DNA from: an uncultured delta proteobacterium
Lineage (GTDB): Bacteria > Desulfobacterota > Desulfomonilia > UBA1062
Direction of reading: 5' to 3'
Length of the DNA stretch: 64,000 bases
Assembly (NCBI GenBank): GCA_963798485.1
Contig: CAWCTR010000022.1
Coordinates: 64,001 to 128,000 of the forward strand
In this document: positions 58,978 through 64,000 of the stretch, one piece after another
Numbering within the stretch: position 1 is the first letter of the stretch
How the letters are laid out: each line of letters starts with the position of its first letter
Program-made: the position numbers and the translations under genes
Notes under the pieces: generated by a model
Told to the model about the DNA's origin: nothing
Database searches by the model: none
The model's input: the letters and a program-made list of their open reading frames with translations, nothing else

Positions 58978-60828
58978 GTGATGGAATCCTTTGACATCAT
59001 CGTAGTGGGCGGCGGTCATGCCGGCGTGGAGGCGGCCCTCGTTGCGCACAGGCTCGGAACGAATGTAGCACTCTTCACGCTGAACATGGACACGGTGGGC
59101 CGGATGCCGTGCAGCCCTTCCATCGGCGGGCTGGCCAAGAGCCACCTGGTCAAGGAGATCGATGCGCTTGGCGGCATCATGGCCGAGGTGGCGGATGAGA
59201 CGGCCATCTCCTACCGCGTGCTCAACACAAAAAAGGGCCCGGCCGTGCGCGCCACCAGGACACAGAATGACCGGAAAATGTACGAGTCCGCAGTGAAGTC
59301 CAGGGTGGAGGACTCGGGGGTCCATATCCGCCAGACACGTGTCGACTCCATCGAGACTAAGGACGGTTGCATTGCAGGAATCAGGGACCGCAACGGCATA
59401 TTGTATCATGCCAAGGCAGTCATAGTAACGGCAGGCACGTTCCTCTCCGGCCTCATCCACATCGGTGATGTACATATCCCGGCGGGAAGGGCAGGCGAAG
59501 AGGGGGCCTACGAGCTGGCTGAATCATTGAAGGCCCTGGGATTTTCCATGGGCAGGCTCAAGACCGGAACCCCACCCCGGCTCCACCGGGACACCATAGA
59601 TTTCTCAGCCCTGACAAGTCAGGACCCGGAAACGGGCTGCATGACCCTTGGGTTTGCATCTTCAGGTCCGCATCTTCCCCAGGTCTCATGCTATCTCACG
59701 AGGACCACCCACCGGACTCATGAGATCATCCGGGAAAACATCGCGCTGAGCCCGCTGTACTCCGGAGCCATAACCGGGACACCTGCCCGTTATTGCCCAT
59801 CCCTGGAGGACAAGGTCATGCGGTTCGGCGAGAGGGGGGGGCACCAGGTCATCATCGAACCCGAGGGCATCAATACCAAAGAGGTGTATGCATCGGGCCT
59901 GGGAAACAGCCTGCCCGTAGAGCTCCAGTGGGAGATCGTGCGCTCGGTTCCCGGGCTTACGAATGCGGAGATCATCAGGCCGGCATATGCCATTGAGTAT
60001 GAATACATATTGCCCACCCAGCTCTTGCAGACACTCGAAACCAAAAGGGTGAAAGGTCTTTATCTGGCAGGCCAGGTCAACGGCACCTCGGGCTATGAGG
60101 AGGCGGCAGGACAGGGCATTATGGCAGGGATCAATGCCGCTTTAGCCATGAGGGGTGAAGATCCTTTCATCCTGGACCGTTCACAGGCCTACATCGCCGT
60201 TATGATCGATGACCTGGTTACCAGGGGAACGTCCGAGCCCTACCGCATGTTCACCTCCCGGGCCGAATACCGGCTCATGCTCAGGGAGACCAATGCCGTT
60301 TTCAGGCTCAGCAATGATGCCTTCAAGCTTGGACTCATCGGTAAGGACCGCTTTGAACGGGTTCATGAGATACAAACCGAGATTGCCGCGTTACGGGATT
60401 ATCTGCAGAGGACTACGGTTATCCTCCCCACAGATATGCCGGAATTTGTTTCCACCCGGGGGAGCGACCAGGAGCGCATCACCCTTGAGCGGCTGCTCAA
60501 GAGGCCTGAGGCCACCTTGCAGGACTTTAAGCGGCATAGGTTGTTGCCGGCTGCATCACCCCTTGCGGAGATAGAGACAGAGGTCGGGATCAAATATGAA
60601 GGTTATATAAACAGGCAGCTCAAGGAGATAGGCAGGCACAAGGAGCTTGAGCACATAAAGATCCCCTCGGGCCTCGACTTTGCCGATGTCCAGGGGCTAT
60701 CCAACGAGCTTAAATGCAGACTATCAGAGATACGTCCTGTTACGCTGGGACAGGCCTCACTCATAGAAGGCATGACCCCGGCAGGGCTTCAGGCCATACA
60801 GTTGTCCATCAGGATGTTCGAGGGGTGA
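58978..60828 (+). CDS. mnmG: tRNA uridine-5-carboxymethylaminomethyl(34) enzyme MnmG (GidA)
   Basis: GGGHAG.EAA, RLKTGTPPR, RYCPSLEDK, AGQVNGTSGYEEAA, YRMFTSRAEYRL. Confidence 0.97.
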   Translation: MMESFDIIVVGGGHAGVEAALVAHRLGTNVALFTLNMDTVGRMPCSPSIGGLAKSHLVKEIDALGGIMAEVADETAISYRVLNTKKGPAVRATRTQNDRKMYESAVKSRVEDSGVHIRQTRVDSIETKDGCIAGIRDRNGILYHAKAVIVTAGTFLSGLIHIGDVHIPAGRAGEEGAYELAESLKALGFSMGRLKTGTPPRLHRDTIDFSALTSQDPETGCMTLGFASSGPHLPQVSCYLTRTTHRTHEIIRENIALSPLYSGAITGTPARYCPSLEDKVMRFGERGGHQVIIEPEGINTKEVYASGLGNSLPVELQWEIVRSVPGLTNAEIIRPAYAIEYEYILPTQLLQTLETKRVKGLYLAGQVNGTSGYEEAAGQGIMAGINAALAMRGEDPFILDRSQAYIAVMIDDLVTRGTSEPYRMFTSRAEYRLMLRETNAVFRLSNDAFKLGLIGKDRFERVHEIQTEIAALRDYLQRTTVILPTDMPEFVSTRGSDQERITLERLLKRPEATLQDFKRHRLLPAASPLAEIETEVGIKYEGYINRQLKEIGRHKELEHIKIPSGLDFADVQGLSNELKCRLSEIRPVTLGQASLIEGMTPAGLQAIQLSIRMFEG

Positions 60829-60838
60829 ATCGCCTGAG

Positions 60839-60877
60839 AAAAAAACAGCGCCAGGCAGCGGTAATACTGCCTGGCGC
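60839..60877 (-). terminator. Intrinsic terminator
   Basis: Perfect 11-bp GC-rich stem GCGCCAGGCAG/CTGCCTGGCGC, 8-nt loop, then a U7 tract on the minus strand. Confidence 0.8.
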
Positions 60878-61005
60878 CTTATGAGTAAGTCTCATGGATG
60901 CGGTGATCTTGTTGCATTATTCTTATCGGCATGGTTGGAAAGTGCATAACCCTTACGTCAAAAATAATTTGTCAAGATAGCCGGCAAGAGTTTTATGCCG
61001 CGCCT

Positions 61006-61785
61006 TTATTGCATCTCCTTCAGTTTGCCTACCGCCATTGTCCCATAGAACCCGCCCGGATCGAGCTCGACAACCTTGGTGAGCTCTCCCTTGGCCTTTT
61101 CGTGCGCTCCCATCTGGAGGTAGAGCTGTGCGAGGTCCCAATGGGCCTCAGAATAGCCCGGGTACTCGAGGATTGCATGCTTGAGCGCATCGATGGCATC
61201 GTCCGGCTTCCCCTGCGCCACGTATATCTTGGAGAGCAGATGCCATGCCGGGGCATAGTGGGAATTGCGATCAAGGGTCTTTTGGGTGGTTTCAAAGGCA
61301 AGTTGGAGATTTTTCTTTTCCAGATAGAGGGTTGCAAGGTTGTGCAGGGAATATTCCGGTGTCTGATAGAGCTCGTCTGTCAGGGCCTTTTTGAAGTTCT
61401 CTATAGCCTCGTTAAATTTACCCTGGCTTGAAAAGATAGTCCCTTTGAGGTTATAAGCCTCACCCTTGAGGCCCGGGTGTTCAATTTCCAGCTTGTCACC
61501 CAATTCAATAGCCTTGTCGGCATTCTCGAGGGCCTGGTCGTATTTCCCCGACTTCCAGTAGGCAAAGGCAAAACCGTAATAAACCTCAGGGTCACTGGGG
61601 TTTGCATTTCTGGCCTTGTGCAGCTCGGAGAGGGCGCCCTGAATGTTGTTTTCCTGGATCTTGCTCATGCCGAGCGCCACCAGGGGCCTGGAGAGTTTGC
61701 GCTGCTCCTTGAATTGGCTTGCACACCCGCCGAGGGCGAGGAGAATCATGAAACAGAAGATCACTTTTTTCATCATGGATTTCAT
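61006..61785 (-). CDS. TPR lipoprotein, PilF/Tgl-like secretin pilotin
   Basis: LALGGC lipobox, TPR motifs, Y.TPE...NL motif; downstream of rlmN as in the common rlmN-pilF synteny. Confidence 0.7.
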   Translation of the reverse strand: MKSMMKKVIFCFMILLALGGCASQFKEQRKLSRPLVALGMSKIQENNIQGALSELHKARNANPSDPEVYYGFAFAYWKSGKYDQALENADKAIELGDKLEIEHPGLKGEAYNLKGTIFSSQGKFNEAIENFKKALTDELYQTPEYSLHNLATLYLEKKNLQLAFETTQKTLDRNSHYAPAWHLLSKIYVAQGKPDDAIDALKHAILEYPGYSEAHWDLAQLYLQMGAHEKAKGELTKVVELDPGGFYGTMAVGKLKEMQ

Positions 61786-61815
61786 CCCTTAATGGGGCTC
61801 CTTATCAGTGATTAT

Positions 61816-62688
61816 TTATATACCAAACTGATCTGCAACACAATCAGGGACCTGTACATTGCCCATGAGCACGGGCTGCTGGTGGCAGTCGGACCCGCCT
61901 GTGGCGATCAGGCCCTTGGCGCGTACAATTGCCAGGTAGAAGGCAGTGGCATGCCTGTCGTGCCTGGTATGCCAGCATTCGATGCCGTCTATAAAGGGGA
62001 GCATCACCTCCAGAATTAATTTTTTCTGCTCTTCGAGGGACTTTGTAATAACAGCCAAAGAGGTGCCTTTGGAATCATTGGGGTGGGCAAGCACCAGTTT
62101 GCCGCCGCTGGCCCTTACCAGGGCGGAGGCCTCTTCAAGCGAGAGGGGCATCTTGGGGACATCGCACCTTGTAAGATACCGATCAAAGGCCTCCTGCTTT
62201 GTAGCCACAATCCCCTTTGCAATAAGATGGTTTGCGATATGCGGCCTGGCCAACGAGCCTTCTACGCCGGCCTCTATAGCATCCATGTCTTCTTGTGTAA
62301 GCAACGCAACGCCTTCCCCGATGAATTCCTCATTGATATTCTTAAGGATCTTCTCAGCCCTCTCTTTACGGTAAATACGAAGATCATGCAGCTTGTTCAT
62401 GAGGGCAACGTTATTGATGTCAAAGGCATACCCGAGAAAGTCCAGCGAGGCGTCCTTGCCCTTTGTATAATATGGGTGGGCAAGGGTCACGTTCAACTCC
62501 ACGCCGGTGAGGTATTTTATCCCATGAATCCCGGCGAGCCGCTTGGCCTCGCCCTGGCCTTGAAGCGAGTCATGGTCGGTGATGGATATCAGGGAGATCC
62601 GGCGCCTTTGAGCCTCGGCAAAGATCTGCTCCAAAGGCCATTTTCCATCAGAGCCGTTCTTGGAGTGGACGTGAAGGTCAATCTTCAT
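61816..62688 (-). CDS. PHP-domain phosphoesterase (TrpH/YciV-like)
   Basis: DLHVHS..SDG, TDHD, GVEL, RPHIA, LAHP, GGSDCH. Confidence 0.9.
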   Translation of the reverse strand: MKIDLHVHSKNGSDGKWPLEQIFAEAQRRRISLISITDHDSLQGQGEAKRLAGIHGIKYLTGVELNVTLAHPYYTKGKDASLDFLGYAFDINNVALMNKLHDLRIYRKERAEKILKNINEEFIGEGVALLTQEDMDAIEAGVEGSLARPHIANHLIAKGIVATKQEAFDRYLTRCDVPKMPLSLEEASALVRASGGKLVLAHPNDSKGTSLAVITKSLEEQKKLILEVMLPFIDGIECWHTRHDRHATAFYLAIVRAKGLIATGGSDCHQQPVLMGNVQVPDCVADQFGI

Positions 62689-63793
62689 GGCTTACGTACT
62701 CTTGTGCAAAGTCGTAGCATCCCTTTCCACCGGCAAGCTGCCCGCAGGCAGCCAGGATATCTTTGCCCTTCTCCTTGCGGAGCATCACGGCATATGGGCT
62801 GTCTTTCAGTCTCTCTTCAAAGGCCAGCATGTCCTTTGTTTCCGGCGCCTCAAGAGAGCATTCAGGCCAAGGATTGAAGGGGATGAGGTTCACCTTGGCC
62901 CTGAGCCCGTGCAGCAGCTTGATGAGCCTCTTGGCGTGCCCTACACTGTCGTTGAGGCCCTTGATGAGCACATATTCAACGGTGATACGCCTGCGGTTCG
63001 GCAGCTCATAATCTTTCAATGCCTGAATGAGCTCTGCTATGGGGTATTTCTTGTTGACGGGCATGATGAACGAGCGTGTCTTGTCATCTATCGCATTGAG
63101 CGATACCGCAAGCCCGGCATCACTGTCGCGGGCCAGGTCCTTCAGCATAGGCACGATGCCGCAGGTGGATATGGTAAGCCGCCTCTTTGATATCTGAGGC
63201 CCGTCAGGGTCGGTGATGATTCTAACGGCCTTGATCACGTTGTCGTAGTTGAGCAGGGGCTCGCCCATACCCATGAAAACCACGTTCCTTAAGTGGCGCT
63301 TCGGGTAGGCATGGATGGGGTAAAGGACCTGGGAGACGATCTCGCCGGAGGTGAGGTGCCTGGTAAACCCCATGGTGGCGGTGAAGCAGAAGCGGCACCC
63401 CATGGCGCAGCCCACCTGTGATGAGACGCACACGCTCCAGTGGTCCTTCTCGGGGATGAGAACGCTCTCGATGATGCAGCCGTCTTGCAGCTCATAGGCG
63501 AGCTTTTCCGTGCCATCCTCGGATACCTGTCTGCCCACGACCTTCGGATATGCGATTTCAGCCCTTTCCGAGAGCTTCCGGCGATATTCCTTGGGGAGAT
63601 TGGTCATGAAAGAGATATCCGTTACCCCTTTGTCGAACAGCCAGGTGAAGATCTGGCTGCCTCTGTAGGGCGTCTCCGGGAAGAGTTGTTCCAGCCCTTG
63701 CCGGTCGTAATCCAGCAGGTTGACCAACTCCCCTGCCTGAAAATCCCTTTCGGTCTCTCCCGGCCTTTTCATGTTGATCTGGTGGTCTTTCAT
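62678..63793 (-). CDS. rlmN: Dual-specificity RNA methyltransferase RlmN
   Basis: CVSSQVGCAMGCRFC, MGMGEP, KVNLIPFN, AACGQL; start uncertain. Confidence 0.96.
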   Translation of the reverse strand: MKDHQINMKRPGETERDFQAGELVNLLDYDRQGLEQLFPETPYRGSQIFTWLFDKGVTDISFMTNLPKEYRRKLSERAEIAYPKVVGRQVSEDGTEKLAYELQDGCIIESVLIPEKDHWSVCVSSQVGCAMGCRFCFTATMGFTRHLTSGEIVSQVLYPIHAYPKRHLRNVVFMGMGEPLLNYDNVIKAVRIITDPDGPQISKRRLTISTCGIVPMLKDLARDSDAGLAVSLNAIDDKTRSFIMPVNKKYPIAELIQALKDYELPNRRRITVEYVLIKGLNDSVGHAKRLIKLLHGLRAKVNLIPFNPWPECSLEAPETKDMLAFEERLKDSPYAVMLRKEKGKDILAACGQLAGGKGCYDFAQEYVSHED

Positions 63794-63911
63794 CCTTGAA
63801 TCCCTTTTCCCTTCCTGCAAGGTTTATCCGTGGACAACCCCCCCTTTGTCAAGAAGGTTTAAGGAGAGATCAGTAAACATAATTCTTCCTTATGAGAGGT
63901 GTATCGATGAG

Positions 63912-63950
63912 AAAATCTCCCCTGGCCCCTCCTTACAAAGGAGGGGGACT
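63912..63950. repeat. REP-like palindromic dispersed repeat, copy B
   Basis: AAAATCTCCCCTGGCCCCTCCTTACAAAGGAGGGGGACT; 37/39 identical to 25950-25988. Confidence 0.75.
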
Positions 63951-64000
63951 CTCCTCTAAGATAAATGCGTTAGTCTGCGGGGGGAATAGGGATATGTGGC

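Noticed and set aside
58702-59475. 257-aa minus-strand ORF with Pro/Gly-rich segments
   Set aside because: It is antisense to mnmG, and the Pro/Gly-rich part is just the translated REP-like repeats
11121-62688. Three PHP-domain genes as a defence or nucleotide-signalling system
   Set aside because: They are widely separated, each in a housekeeping context, with no associated ATPase or effector genes

Overview
A mostly housekeeping 64-kb chromosomal segment, moderately GC-rich. Gene content and style suggest a deltaproteobacterial (Desulfobacterota-like) organism (inference). It contains the type IV pilus operon pilMNOPQ (pilQ runs off the left edge), a divergent DnaA-family gene, glgA, mtaB, polX, a PAS kinase/sigma54-regulator pair, rpsT, holA-lptE-leuS, PBP1A plus a LysM protein, an MltD-like protein, rpoH-hsp20, the rpmH-rnpA-yidD-yidC-jag-mnmE-rsmG operon, coaE, proC, a two-gene minor-pilin locus, a c-di-GMP/HDOD/phosphorelay cluster, engB, xseAB, mnmG and rlmN. 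I saw no rRNA, tRNA, CRISPR array, transposase or prophage. Most notable observations: (1) an apparent PilX-PilY1 fusion paired with PilW; (2) a TAAA-N17-CCGATA sigma28-like promoter in front of the pilM operon, rpoH, a TPR gene and a LOG gene, with a partial copy before a possible small transcript; (3) a DnaA paralog with an altered recognition helix, next to an AT-rich region with repeats and variant boxes; (4) mnmE lacking a canonical start codon; (5) a REC protein whose DHp-like helix has Asp in place of His; (6) a family of REP-like palindromes. All calls come from reading motifs by eye; no database searches were run.
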